The notes under the pieces were generated by a model that searched no databases, was not told where the DNA came from, and saw nothing but the letters and a program-made list of their open reading frames with translations. Both the position numbers and the translations under genes were made by a program. 27,353 nt of DNA from a virus (lineage: Duplodnaviria > Caudoviricetes): the IMG/VR virus record IMGVR_UViG_3300004805_000027, positions 1 to 27,353 of that record, one strand, 5' to 3'. Each line of letters opens with the position of its first letter. The first letter of the stretch is position 1. Shown here in pieces: positions 1 to 9,507 of the stretch.

Positions 1-1
1 T

Positions 2-154
2 TCTAACGTGGTCAGCGCCGACACAATCGAAGATGCACAAATCGCAACAGGGGCAACCTGCGTGGAATACACCGAGGCTAATCCTGCTGGAATTGGCTGG
101 ACATTTGACGGCACTTCATTCTTGTCTCCAGTTACGTCTGACCCACAGTCGTAA
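2..154 (+). CDS. 3' end of small tail-fibre-associated (assembly-like) protein, truncated at window start
   Basis: Frame 2 is open from base 2 to TAA at 152-154: SNVVSADTIEDAQIATGATCVEYTEANPAGIGWTFDGTSFLSPVTSDPQS*. The GIGW-x-[FY]DG-x-x-F-x-x-P ending is typical of small phage tail-associated proteins. Not in the ORF track. Confidence 0.6.
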   Translation, partial: SNVVSADTIEDAQIATGATCVEYTEANPAGIGWTFDGTSFLSPVTSDPQS

Positions 155-163
155 TGGTAAAAT
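155..163 (+). promoter_or_regulatory. candidate extended -10 promoter (TGG-TAAAAT)
   Basis: TGnTAAAAT in the intergenic gap before the ATG at 187, with AAGGA RBS upstream of that ATG. Confidence 0.35.
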
Positions 164-186
164 TGTTAAAGAACTAAAGGAATCTT

Positions 187-1191
187 ATGCCCTCAATTAT
201 AACCGTAGGTGGTTCAAGCAGCACCGGTAACGGTACAACGTTTGGCGACCTTATCGAGAAAGTATACCGCCGTGTTATGGGTGGTATCCGTGAGCGTACC
301 GTACAAATTAACCAAGTTGACGGCATCGGTACCACTGACACAAGCGTTGTTCTTTCTGGTGTTCAGACATCAGGTATATCGCCTGGCGTTATACTTGCAG
401 TAGAGTTGGAATTGATGTACGTTGTTGAGTGGAACGCAACTACATTAAAAGCAACGGTTTTACGTGGTTATTACGGTTCTATACCAACTAGCCACATCAA
501 TGGCACTATCATTTACATTAACCCACGTTACTCACGCTATGACATTGGTGTTGGAATTAATGACGACCTTCGTTCATTGTCTAGCCCAACCAATGGATTG
601 TTCCGTGTAGGTGTTGCTGTTCTTACATACAACCCAGTCTTTGCTGGATACGACCTTGGTGCTTTGCCTGACAACTTCATTGACATCCTTGAAGTCCGTT
701 ACCGTATTGCACCACCGTACCGTACCTTCCCACCAATTAAGCGTTGGAAAGTTCTTCGTGGTCTTCCAGACCCAGTGTTCCCATCGGGTCACGGTCTTGT
801 GTTGTATGAATCAGGTTGGCCTGGACTACCTATCTACGTTACCTATTCGGCACCGTTTATTAAGTTAGTAGATGCTGCTGACTCAGTGTTGTCAACACCA
901 GGAACTAACGATGAGGCTGCTCCTAAAAATGGGTACTCAACAACTAACGTTACTAACCTAACTCCAACCATGCTAGACCTACCTCCGCTTGGTGCTGAGA
1001 TTGACCTGACACTCCCACGTGAAATCTCACGTAACTTTATGGAGTCTCAGCCTGACCCACGTAAGGCACCGGAAGTCCCTGCTGGTTCTGTTTCTGGCTC
1101 TGTTAATGCTTTGGCTGCTCGACGCATGCAACGAATCAACGAAGAAGCCGACCGTCTACAACGTCAGTACACCAAGGTTCGTGCCTGGTAA
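187..1191 (+). CDS. putative tail adaptor / tail tubular protein A-like virion protein
   Basis: 334 aa. N-terminal 'TFGDLIEKVYRRV' helix and C-terminal helical segment are typical of head-tail adaptor proteins. Inserted beta-rich domain ends in 'TVLRGYYGS..TSH..G'. Translationally coupled (TAATG) to the next large virion gene. Confidence 0.55.
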   Translation: MPSIITVGGSSSTGNGTTFGDLIEKVYRRVMGGIRERTVQINQVDGIGTTDTSVVLSGVQTSGISPGVILAVELELMYVVEWNATTLKATVLRGYYGSIPTSHINGTIIYINPRYSRYDIGVGINDDLRSLSSPTNGLFRVGVAVLTYNPVFAGYDLGALPDNFIDILEVRYRIAPPYRTFPPIKRWKVLRGLPDPVFPSGHGLVLYESGWPGLPIYVTYSAPFIKLVDAADSVLSTPGTNDEAAPKNGYSTTNVTNLTPTMLDLPPLGAEIDLTLPREISRNFMESQPDPRKAPEVPAGSVSGSVNALAARRMQRINEEADRLQRQYTKVRAW

Positions 1192-3782
1192 TGAGTCTTT
1201 ACTCTGTTCTTTTTGGTTATTCTAATACCAGCGTTAACGAAGCAGACTCGTATTTTCCTAACGTAGCGTCGTCGTCATCGTCGTCTGCAACTGCTGCACT
1301 AGGGGCATACGCTGTAGCAATTAACGGTCGTCAGTTTACAGTTGACACTTCGTTTGAACCTTACCGTCGTGAGGCTTTCCGTCACAAGACTATTCCATCA
1401 CAGCGTCAATCAATCATGATGACAAACATTGCTGGACAGGGAACAGTTAACACTGAAGGTCTGTGGCGACGTGAGCAGACTGAATGGTCTATGGGTGCAG
1501 GTCAAGCGTACTTAGACCGTAAAGGTGACTCACAAGAAACACGGTTTGCTAAAAGTAAGGGAGTGGACGTATTCTCTGTGCCACTTCAGGCGACACTTCT
1601 CAATGACACAATTAGCCGGTACTCAACTTCAAACGCAAACGTTCTTGTCAGCCGTTGTGGAATCTACAACGTAATCATTGACGGCACCACTATTCTCTAC
1701 ACCAACAGTTGGCCTACGTACCCTGCTGCTGTAACAACAACAATTGCTACACCCTCTGGTGTCACATCTATTAACTCTATTACTAGCAACGAATTAGTTA
1801 CCTACATTGCCACCAACAATGGAATCTGGTACTACCAATTTGGTGTGTCTAGTGCTTTTACTTTGTACGCTGCCAACGACGTGACTACTGGTTTCACAGG
1901 TGGATACGACATGGTTCGTTGGGTGAATGACCAATTGGTTGCTTCAAAAAACAACCGTCTGTATGCATTCCAACCACGTGTTGCTTCTGGATACCCTGCC
2001 TTTGGCGCAGTGCCTAGCATTAACGATGTCACTATTGGTATTAAAGACATTACTCTTTCTGGCACAACCGCTACGGTAACTACAACCGACGTTCACAACC
2101 TCAGTGTTGGTCAGCCAATCAGCATTACTAACAGCATGACTCAGGCAAGTATTAGTAGTGTGTCCTACTCATCTGGTGCCATCACCGCTACTTGCTCTAC
2201 TAACCACGGTCTTTCTGTGGGTGAGCAAGCAAACATTATTCTCAACTACGGTACGGTCCCGTACAACGAAACAGCAACTGTAACTGCTATTACTAATACT
2301 ACGTTTACGTTTAATACAACGCAGGTTGCAACATCGTCAGGGTTCACAAGCGGTAGCGTTCAGGGTACAACAGGATACGGATTCAATGCACCGTACGCAG
2401 TTGCTTCTATACCAAGCACAACAACATTTACTGTTACTGCTGCTTCAACTCTCAGCCCAACTTCAAAGAGCGGAACTGTAGTTAACTCTCAAGTGCCTGA
2501 CATGTTGTACACCCACGTCAATCCTAATTGGATTTGGTCAGACTCTACTGGTGGTGCTACTCAGGTTTACTTTGCTGGCTATGTAAAGAGCGGAAGCAGT
2601 GGGTACAGTGGATGTATCTATCGTTCAAACCTTCAAGGTTCATCAACGTCTAGCACCAGTGGTTACACAACTACATCGACTGGTAACGCACCTCAGCCAT
2701 TTAACCTAAACCTTCCAGTTCAGGCTTTGCCAATGTCTCCAGATGAGTACCCTACATGCATCAAGTCGTACCTTAATTTTATTTTTATTGGTACCAACCG
2801 TGGTATTCGCATGACACAGACACTGAGCATCTACGACCCAACTGCTACTGCAACTGGTGACCTTAAATCAGGACCACTCATTCCTAACATTACTCAACCA
2901 GTTAAGTACCCAGTAACGGGCATAACTGGTGACGGACGTTTTGTATGGTTCACTTGGAACAATTACGATACGCAAAGCACTGGTCTAGGTAAGTTAGACC
3001 TATCAACGTTTATTGTTGGTGACCCACTAGCACCTGCGTATGCATCAGATTTAATGGTTACAGGTCAAGGAACTATTCTCTCACTTGACTGGGACCCAAT
3101 CACCAGTTCACCTGTCATGGCTGTTTCTGGTCTAGGAATATTTACAAAGAACCCAAACAACTATGTATCTAGTGGAACAATTGAATCGGGTATCTTCTCA
3201 TACGGTATTCCTGACCCAAAGATTCCAGTTACTTTTAACTACGGTGTTATTGCAAACAATGGCACATCAGCACAAGCAACTGTAATTGTTGACCCTAATG
3301 ACAATGACTATGCAGGACCAGTACCTATTGAATCCTATTCAACTACAACGTTGAACACCGGAGAGTACCCAGTTCCTGCGGGTTACCGTGCCGAGCAGTT
3401 CTCTGTAACAATGCAATTGAACAGTGACAGCCAAAACGTAGACACTCCTATCCTTTACCGATGGACTCTTAAGTCATGGCCTGCTGCTGTTAGCGAAACA
3501 GCCATTTCTGTTGTGTTGCAACTGTACTCCGTAAACGTCGTTGACGGTATGGAAGTCTTTGTTGACCCGTACGAATCATTTATGTTCTTAGAAACATTAA
3601 GAAAAAAACAAACCATAGTTGTGTATCAAGAAGGACCGTTGGTTGCCAACGTAGTTGTTGAAGCAATGGACTGGATTCCCCACAAGCGCCGTGGCAATTA
3701 CGAAAACGGTTTTGAAGGCGATTGTGTAGTAACAATGAAGACTATCGGTGGTTACGTCTATAACGGCGTTTCGACCAACTAG
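1191..3782 (+). CDS. putative tail nozzle / tail tubular protein B-like virion protein with inserted S/T-rich domains
   Basis: 863 aa, beta-rich (propeller-like), 'WRREQTEWSMGAGQ' N-terminal motif, located between adaptor and fibre genes. Confidence 0.55.
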   Translation: MSLYSVLFGYSNTSVNEADSYFPNVASSSSSSATAALGAYAVAINGRQFTVDTSFEPYRREAFRHKTIPSQRQSIMMTNIAGQGTVNTEGLWRREQTEWSMGAGQAYLDRKGDSQETRFAKSKGVDVFSVPLQATLLNDTISRYSTSNANVLVSRCGIYNVIIDGTTILYTNSWPTYPAAVTTTIATPSGVTSINSITSNELVTYIATNNGIWYYQFGVSSAFTLYAANDVTTGFTGGYDMVRWVNDQLVASKNNRLYAFQPRVASGYPAFGAVPSINDVTIGIKDITLSGTTATVTTTDVHNLSVGQPISITNSMTQASISSVSYSSGAITATCSTNHGLSVGEQANIILNYGTVPYNETATVTAITNTTFTFNTTQVATSSGFTSGSVQGTTGYGFNAPYAVASIPSTTTFTVTAASTLSPTSKSGTVVNSQVPDMLYTHVNPNWIWSDSTGGATQVYFAGYVKSGSSGYSGCIYRSNLQGSSTSSTSGYTTTSTGNAPQPFNLNLPVQALPMSPDEYPTCIKSYLNFIFIGTNRGIRMTQTLSIYDPTATATGDLKSGPLIPNITQPVKYPVTGITGDGRFVWFTWNNYDTQSTGLGKLDLSTFIVGDPLAPAYASDLMVTGQGTILSLDWDPITSSPVMAVSGLGIFTKNPNNYVSSGTIESGIFSYGIPDPKIPVTFNYGVIANNGTSAQATVIVDPNDNDYAGPVPIESYSTTTLNTGEYPVPAGYRAEQFSVTMQLNSDSQNVDTPILYRWTLKSWPAAVSETAISVVLQLYSVNVVDGMEVFVDPYESFMFLETLRKKQTIVVYQEGPLVANVVVEAMDWIPHKRRGNYENGFEGDCVVTMKTIGGYVYNGVSTN

Positions 3783-3787
3783 AAAGG

Positions 3788-3793
3788 TATAAT
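3788..3793 (+). promoter_or_regulatory. candidate -10 (TATAAT) for a leaderless transcript of the fibre gene
   Basis: TATAAT ends 6 nt before the ATG at 3800; the overlapping GAAAGG could instead be an RBS. Confidence 0.35.
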
Positions 3794-3799
3794 TTAACC

Positions 3800-4909
3800 A
3801 TGGCTTTAACATTCCCAGCACGCTCATACGCAGGAGCAGCATCGGCAGGTACCCTTGCTGCTGCTATTAGTTCCGGCTCCACAACCTTTGCATCCAGCAC
3901 CACGTTGACTGGTTGGGTTGACATCACAGGTGGCACCTTCTCAGGACGATGTGTAATTGCATTTGGATACGGTACTGCTGCCGAAGAAAAGATTCTTTGT
4001 ACGTACAGTACATCAACAGGTAACTTTACAATCATCACTCGTGGCTACGACGGAACTACGAGTCCAGCCGGTGGTTGGCCTGTTGGAACTACGTTTAACC
4101 TTGTGTGGTCTGCTAACGAAGCAGCAGAAGCAAACGCAGCAGTGCAGAACACTGTTGCTCAGATAACTTCTTCTGGTGATTTACTATACGGTACAGGTTC
4201 ACGCACAATGACACGTCTTCCTATTGGAAGTACTGGTCAGGCTTTAGTTTCTAACGGTTCTACACCATACTGGTCTTCTATTGTTGGTACACAAGGTGCT
4301 CAAGGTGCCACAGGGGCACAAGGTGCCACTGGTGCACAAGGGGCACAAGGAGCACAGGGTGGTGGAAGCGGTAGCGTACCATTTACAACCAATGGACAGT
4401 TGTGGTATGGAACAGGGTCAGGAACAGCAAACCTTCTTGGCATTGGTTCAACTGGACAAGTGCTTACCGTTTCAGGTGGTGTCCCTGCATGGGCAACATC
4501 AACTGGTGGCGGCGGTGTAACAAGCAACTATGCAGAAAGTTACATTTCAGGCAACGTTACCTTGCCACTAACTTCATACACAGGAATAACAAGCGTTTCT
4601 TTAACAGCAGGAACTTGGTTAATAACTGCCAGGGCTTTAGTTGGTGGTGGTGCTTCAACAAACAACGTTGATATTTTTATTGGACCTAACTCTGCAAACC
4701 CAGCAAGTAATTACGCTACTACTAGTGCTGGACCAATTGCATCGGGTGCCTACCAAACTGTTTCACTTACAAAAGTTGTTGTACTTGCATCTACTACAAC
4801 TGTTTATTTAAACGGTTACGCAACAACAGCCGCAGGCATTGCAAAGTACACAGCAATAAGTGGTATTAGTTCTACTACTACAGGAATAACAGCAGTACAA
4901 ATCGCATAA
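3800..4909 (+). CDS. tail fibre protein with short collagen-like segment
   Basis: 369 aa, G/S/T-rich. Contains TRGYDGT motif, G-X-Y run (GTQGAQGATGAQGATGAQGAQGAQG), duplicated 'G.L.YGTGS...L.IGSTGQ.L....G..P.W' unit and a C-terminal beta-sandwich-like head. Confidence 0.75.
   Translation: MALTFPARSYAGAASAGTLAAAISSGSTTFASSTTLTGWVDITGGTFSGRCVIAFGYGTAAEEKILCTYSTSTGNFTIITRGYDGTTSPAGGWPVGTTFNLVWSANEAAEANAAVQNTVAQITSSGDLLYGTGSRTMTRLPIGSTGQALVSNGSTPYWSSIVGTQGAQGATGAQGATGAQGAQGAQGGGSGSVPFTTNGQLWYGTGSGTANLLGIGSTGQVLTVSGGVPAWATSTGGGGVTSNYAESYISGNVTLPLTSYTGITSVSLTAGTWLITARALVGGGASTNNVDIFIGPNSANPASNYATTSAGPIASGAYQTVSLTKVVVLASTTTVYLNGYATTAAGIAKYTAISGISSTTTGITAVQIA
4285..4360 (+). repeat. collagen-like Gly-X-Y coding repeat (9-bp units)
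   Basis: ggtacacaa ggtgctcaa ggtgccaca ggggcacaa ggtgccact ggtgcacaa ggggcacaa ggagcacag. Confidence 0.85.
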
Positions 4910-4911
4910 TT

Positions 4912-5598
4912 ATGCCTGACGTTGTTATACCTCCTACCGCACAAGCGGGGCAGATACTTACCTCTGTAGGTAACGGTAACCAGGTGCAATGGAAAGCACC
5001 TAGAAGCAACACGTCTGGAGCGACAACATCAACATTGCCTGCTGGTTTGATTATGGATTACGCAGGTTCGTCTACGCCTGCAGGGTGGCTTCTTTGCGAT
5101 GGTTCTGCGTATGACACAACAACGTACGCTTCTTTGTTCGCCGCCATTGGTTACACATGGGGTAGTTCTGGTAGCAATTTCAAAGTGCCAGACCTGCGTG
5201 GTGTAATGACGCTTGGTGCTGGGTACAACGCTGATGCTACTGTTACATACTCATTGGCAACAACAGGTGGTGCTGTTAAAACAACTTTGATTACAGCCAA
5301 CTTACCTGCTCACACTCACGTGGTTAATGACTCAGGTCACAATCACGGAGTTACAGATGGCGGTCACACTCATGGTGGTCCAAGTGGCAACAACTACATG
5401 ACAAGAAATACTGCGGGTGCTTTTTTTACTGGTACTACTACAGCGAACATGTCACAGGCAGCCACTACTGCCAGTGCAACAACAGGTATAAGCGTTAACA
5501 GTGGAACTACGGGTATAACACTTCAAAACACTGGTTCAGGTACAGCAGCAACAACAATTTCGCCATACGCAGTAACTAACAAAATTATTAAGACATAG
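4912..5598 (+). CDS. tail collar domain fibre/needle protein
   Basis: Classic collar motif PAGLIMDYAG..TPAGWLLCDG...YASLFAAIG..WG....F.VPDLRG, plus H-x-H motifs (AHTH, GHNH, GHTH) and C-terminal P-Y...KIIK. Confidence 0.9.
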   Translation: MPDVVIPPTAQAGQILTSVGNGNQVQWKAPRSNTSGATTSTLPAGLIMDYAGSSTPAGWLLCDGSAYDTTTYASLFAAIGYTWGSSGSNFKVPDLRGVMTLGAGYNADATVTYSLATTGGAVKTTLITANLPAHTHVVNDSGHNHGVTDGGHTHGGPSGNNYMTRNTAGAFFTGTTTANMSQAATTASATTGISVNSGTTGITLQNTGSGTAATTISPYAVTNKIIKT

Positions 5599-5605
5599 GA
5601 GAACC

Positions 5606-6082
5606 ATGGACGTACGAGACACAATAGTTGCATGGGCTAAGTGGGCAGCAGCCAACCACGCCAAGTTCAATTACACCGAAGGACCACTACGCATGAGTGG
5701 TATCAACAAGCCAGGCAAATTGCCAGTTAACGCTGACTGCTCTGCCTTTGTCACCCTTTGCTACAACTGGGCTGGCGCACCAGACCCTAACGGCATGGGC
5801 TACAACCACACAGGGTACACAGGCACACTGCTGTCTCACGGCAAGAAGATTGCTTTGAAGGACGTACAGCCTGGCGACGTTGTCGTGTACGGTCCAGGTA
5901 CAGGATGGCACACAGCACTTATTGTCGAAGGTGGACCTAACCCACTTACCGTGTCCCACGGTCGCCAAGGGGCACCGGAGTATTGTCACGTATCCCAAGA
6001 CGGACGTAAGCCACAGACTTTTCTTCGCTTCAATACAACTGCACTAGGTGACAAAAACATTCACCTCCCACCCAAGGCATAA
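5606..6082 (+). CDS. NlpC/P60-family peptidase, probable endolysin
   Basis: DCSAFV catalytic Cys, 'QPGDVVVY', HTALIV catalytic His; AGGAG RBS; upstream of membrane proteins. Confidence 0.85.
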   Translation: MDVRDTIVAWAKWAAANHAKFNYTEGPLRMSGINKPGKLPVNADCSAFVTLCYNWAGAPDPNGMGYNHTGYTGTLLSHGKKIALKDVQPGDVVVYGPGTGWHTALIVEGGPNPLTVSHGRQGAPEYCHVSQDGRKPQTFLRFNTTALGDKNIHLPPKA

Positions 6083-6084
6083 CC

Positions 6085-6339
6085 GTGCTCGGCGTTAACT
6101 GGAATAACTGGTTTACTGTTGCATCCGGTTACGCAACGACGGTTGGTGTTGGTGGTGGTGTTGTTATTTGGGGTTGGAGAAAGTTGATGGCAGAGTTTAA
6201 GCCGAATCACGGGTCGTCTTTAAAGGACGCACTGAATCGGATAGAAGAAAAGTTAGACGACATAAACGCACACGTTCACGAAGTGGACATTGAATTGCGT
6301 TCGCACATTTCGTTTCATAAAGGAAGGGATTCACAATGA
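6085..6339 (+). CDS. membrane protein, holin/lysis-associated
   Basis: One N-terminal TM followed by 'NHGSSLKDALNRIE' coiled coil, a pattern common in actinophage lysis cassettes; GTG start. Confidence 0.6.
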   Translation: MLGVNWNNWFTVASGYATTVGVGGGVVIWGWRKLMAEFKPNHGSSLKDALNRIEEKLDDINAHVHEVDIELRSHISFHKGRDSQ

Positions 6340-6671
6340 AGTTAGCCTTATTAGCGGCACTGTCGCTTGGAGTAGCAAACGTATTCTCTGTGCTTATGGT
6401 TCAGGCAGAAGCACGAGGTCGTCCTGTTGTTGCTGGTCTGACTGAAGTGGGCTACTGGGTAGCCAACATTTTCTGCATTAAGACTGCAGTCAATGATTTT
6501 ACATGGCAGTTAGTTTTCTTTTGTGTCATCTCTGCCTACATCAGCACATACTTTGCCACACGTCACGGTCATGACAACATCGAAGATGTCACTGACGTAC
6601 GTCAAGACAACGACCTGAATCTATTAGAAGAACGAGTAGAGGTCTTGGAGGCGAAAGATGACTCCCGGTGA
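6336..6671 (+). CDS. 3-TM membrane protein (possible holin)
   Basis: Three hydrophobic segments and a charged C-terminus; ATGA overlap with the upstream gene. Confidence 0.55.
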   Translation: MKLALLAALSLGVANVFSVLMVQAEARGRPVVAGLTEVGYWVANIFCIKTAVNDFTWQLVFFCVISAYISTYFATRHGHDNIEDVTDVRQDNDLNLLEERVEVLEAKDDSR

Positions 6672-7152
6672 TTTGGTTTTCTGCCACACCAAAGGAATCA
6701 TTGGCGCAAGCATTCGATGGGCACAGAAGTTCATGCCTTCATCTGACTATTCAAAATGGAATCACGTTGCCATTTTGGACAGATACGTGGACGGGCAATG
6801 GTATCTCATCCAAGCCCAACCGAAAGGTGTCACAGACAACCTAACGTTGGAACAGTCGGCGTTCGGTGGAACGTATGAAGTAATAAAACTACCAGCCAGC
6901 GTTGACCGAGACAAAGTACTGAAGTTCGCTCGCTCTCAGGTGGGCTTGAAATACAGTTATCTTAGCATACTTTCATGTGCCTTCGATAACATACTTCCCG
7001 ATGCCATCTGTCTAAGGAAATCTAAGACTTGGATTTGCTCTGGTCTGGTGGCTGGTGCCTTGTGGTACGGGGGATTTCACAAGGTAATGGAGTTGAGTGA
7101 CATGTACTCGACCACCCCAGCCGAAGTAGCAGAGGCAGTAACAGAAAAATAA
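6658..7152 (+). CDS. permuted papain-like NlpC/P60 enzyme (YiiX/YebB-like)
   Basis: PGDLVF...WNHVAI (His first)...Y...WICSGLVA (Cys last), i.e. the circularly permuted arrangement. Confidence 0.85.
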   Translation: MTPGDLVFCHTKGIIGASIRWAQKFMPSSDYSKWNHVAILDRYVDGQWYLIQAQPKGVTDNLTLEQSAFGGTYEVIKLPASVDRDKVLKFARSQVGLKYSYLSILSCAFDNILPDAICLRKSKTWICSGLVAGALWYGGFHKVMELSDMYSTTPAEVAEAVTEK

Positions 7153-7164
7153 ATTACATAAGTG

Positions 7165-7194
7165 TTGTTTTGTTGGTAACTTGTGTGCTAGACT
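7165..7194 (+). promoter_or_regulatory. candidate sigma-70-type promoter
   Basis: TTGTTT-18-TAGACT with TGTGC immediately upstream of the -10; intergenic. Confidence 0.5.
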
Positions 7195-7227
7195 CCCAAT
7201 GGGCGGAACTAGACAAGGAGCATTACC

Positions 7228-8067
7228 TTGCAAAAACCAACAACACACGTAATTATTCCTGATACTCAGGCTAAGGCTGGAGTACCAACAGACCACCTTC
7301 GCTGGATAGGTCAATACATTGTGGACGAGTTCCACGATGAACCCATCAAGATTATTCACCTAGGTGACCACGCTGACATGCCGTCTCTGTCGATGTATGA
7401 CAAGGGTAAGAAGGCTATGGAAGGTCGCCGTTATAAGCAGGACATAGAAGCAGCCAATGACGCATGGGCAATCCTCAACCAAGCACTCACCGACTTTAAC
7501 AAGAATCGTCGTAAGACCAGGCACGCTAAATGGAACCCTGAGAGGCACATCCTCCTTGGTAACCATGAGGATAGAATCAACCGTGCTGTCTCAATGGATG
7601 CACAACTTGAAGGCGTTGTTACCACAGACCACCTCGACTACGTCCGAAGCGGATGGAAAGTAAGTAACTACTTAGAAATCCTATGGCTTGATGGCGTTGC
7701 TTACAGCCACTACTTCTATAATCCAATGACCGGCAAGCCACTAGGAGGCACCGTTGAAGCGAGACTTAAATCCATTGGCCATAGTTTCACGATGGGCCAC
7801 CAACAGACGCTCGCCTACGGGCTTAGATTCGTCGCTGGCAAGAGCCAACATGGCCTTGTTGCTGGCGCATGCTACCTCCATGATGAAGACTATAAAGGCC
7901 CGCAGGGGAACGCCCACTGGCGAGGAATAGTAGTCAAGCACGAGGTGCGTGAAGGTTCATACGACCCTATGTTCGTATCGCTCGACTACCTATGCCGTCG
8001 CTACGAGAAGATGCCACTGGTGCAGTTCATGAAGAAGAAGTACCCTAACGTAGAGTACTCGTTCTAA
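7228..8067 (+). CDS. calcineurin-like metallophosphoesterase
   Basis: IPDTQ, LGDHAD, LGNHE, YSH and GHQQ motifs; AAGGAG RBS before a TTG start. Confidence 0.9.
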   Translation: MQKPTTHVIIPDTQAKAGVPTDHLRWIGQYIVDEFHDEPIKIIHLGDHADMPSLSMYDKGKKAMEGRRYKQDIEAANDAWAILNQALTDFNKNRRKTRHAKWNPERHILLGNHEDRINRAVSMDAQLEGVVTTDHLDYVRSGWKVSNYLEILWLDGVAYSHYFYNPMTGKPLGGTVEARLKSIGHSFTMGHQQTLAYGLRFVAGKSQHGLVAGACYLHDEDYKGPQGNAHWRGIVVKHEVREGSYDPMFVSLDYLCRRYEKMPLVQFMKKKYPNVEYSF

Positions 8068-8285
8068 TGCTGTGGACCTGGTCATGGATACTAGCCTTTG
8101 TAGGTTCATTTGGTTTGTTCACCGTAGGTAGCAAGATACGTTGGGGATGGTTTGTCCTTATCTGCAACGAGTTCCTATGGGTAATCTACGCCCTGCAATC
8201 TAAACAATACGGATTTATTCTGTACAGTTTCCTGTACGTGGTTATGTACATCCGTGCTATGTTCAAGTGGGATGACAATGATTAG
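8067..8285 (+). CDS. small 3-TM membrane protein, PnuC/SemiSWEET-like half transporter
   Basis: 72 aa. 'K.RWGW.....N..LW..YA....QYG.......Y......R....W' pattern resembles a single three-helix repeat of PnuC. Confidence 0.5.
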   Translation: MLWTWSWILAFVGSFGLFTVGSKIRWGWFVLICNEFLWVIYALQSKQYGFILYSFLYVVMYIRAMFKWDDND

Positions 8286-9507
8286 CGTATTCACCCCAAG
8301 CCATGACCCTAAATACCTTGACCAGTGCTACCGTTCGCTCAACGAGCAAACCAATAACAACTGGGAATGGATAGTCCTCCTTAACGGCGATGCCGACTGG
8401 GACCCACCCAAGGACGCAAGGGTTGTGGTGTACTACTCCGTGGCAGAGGGCGTGGGTGCTTTGAAACGTGAAGCCGTATCATACTGCACAGGTGACGTGT
8501 ACCTAGAACTTGACCACGACGACATACTTATGCCTAACGCACTCATGGAAGTTGAGTACGTCTTTGATAAGTTTCCTGATGTCGGGTTTGTATACTCTGA
8601 CACAGCCCAAATCCTTGAAGATGGCAAGGCTGACCTAGTCCCGCCTTTTGGGGCAGAGTACGGGTGGAAGTACTACAACGAGGAAGGTTACGTTGGGGCT
8701 TTGGCTTTTGAAGATTACCCTCACAACGTGTCCTACATCTGGTTCGCACCGAACCACCTACGTGCCTTCAGGAGTGCCCTATACGCCGAAATAGAGGGGT
8801 ATAAGGCCAACTTAGAGGTACTGGACGACCAAGACATTATGACCCAGTTGTACCAGACAGCGACTAAGTTCTACCACATCCCTGAGATTCTGTACCTTCA
8901 ACGTGTGCACCCTAACAACACTCAGTCAGTAAGAAATGCGGAAATTCAGACTGGCACAGTGAACATGTACTACCAGACTATCGAGAAAAACTGCCTAGCA
9001 TGGGCTAACCGTGAAGGTCTGTTGGCACTCGACCTTGGTGCACACCACAACAAAGCCGAAGGGTTCCTAGGGGTTGACCTACGCCCAGGCGAAGGGGTTG
9101 ACTACGTTGGTGACATCTTTGACATGGACATTGCCGACAGCAGCGTTGGTGTTATCCGTGCGTACGACTTCATGGAGCACATCGCTAACAAGACAGCCTT
9201 CATGGAGTGGTGCTACGACAAGTTAGCCCACGGTGGCATGTTGCTCTCGATGACACCAAGCAGTGATGGACGTGGTGCCTTCCAAGACCCAACACATATT
9301 GCCTTTTGGAACGAGAATTCGTTCTGGTACTACACCGACAAGAACTACGCAGACTTCATCGATTTCAAGTGTAGGTTCCAGCAGTCTGCATTGCGTAGTT
9401 TCTTTCCAAGCGACTGGCACAGAGACAATCACATACCGTACGTGCAGGCCAACCTTATTGCGGTCAAGCAAGACACTCACCACTTTGGAGGTTTGTTAAA
9501 CATATGA
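8278..9507 (+). CDS. GT2 glycosyltransferase fused to a class I SAM-methyltransferase-like domain
   Basis: Likely start at ATG 8278 (MISVFTPSH). GT2 motifs: EWIVLLNG, ELDHDD (DxD), VYSD, DDQD. Methyltransferase motifs: ALDLGAH, GVDL, FMEHI, LAHGG, DPTH. Confidence 0.85.
   Translation: MISVFTPSHDPKYLDQCYRSLNEQTNNNWEWIVLLNGDADWDPPKDARVVVYYSVAEGVGALKREAVSYCTGDVYLELDHDDILMPNALMEVEYVFDKFPDVGFVYSDTAQILEDGKADLVPPFGAEYGWKYYNEEGYVGALAFEDYPHNVSYIWFAPNHLRAFRSALYAEIEGYKANLEVLDDQDIMTQLYQTATKFYHIPEILYLQRVHPNNTQSVRNAEIQTGTVNMYYQTIEKNCLAWANREGLLALDLGAHHNKAEGFLGVDLRPGEGVDYVGDIFDMDIADSSVGVIRAYDFMEHIANKTAFMEWCYDKLAHGGMLLSMTPSSDGRGAFQDPTHIAFWNENSFWYYTDKNYADFIDFKCRFQQSALRSFFPSDWHRDNHIPYVQANLIAVKQDTHHFGGLLNI

Noticed and set aside
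33-230. ORF-track 65-aa ORF
   Set aside because: Overlaps the better frame-2 partial gene (2..154) and the start of 187..1191
3800-5598. Diversity-generating retroelement targeting the fibres
   Set aside because: No reverse transcriptase and no template/variable repeat pair seen; the internal fibre duplication is diverged at the protein level
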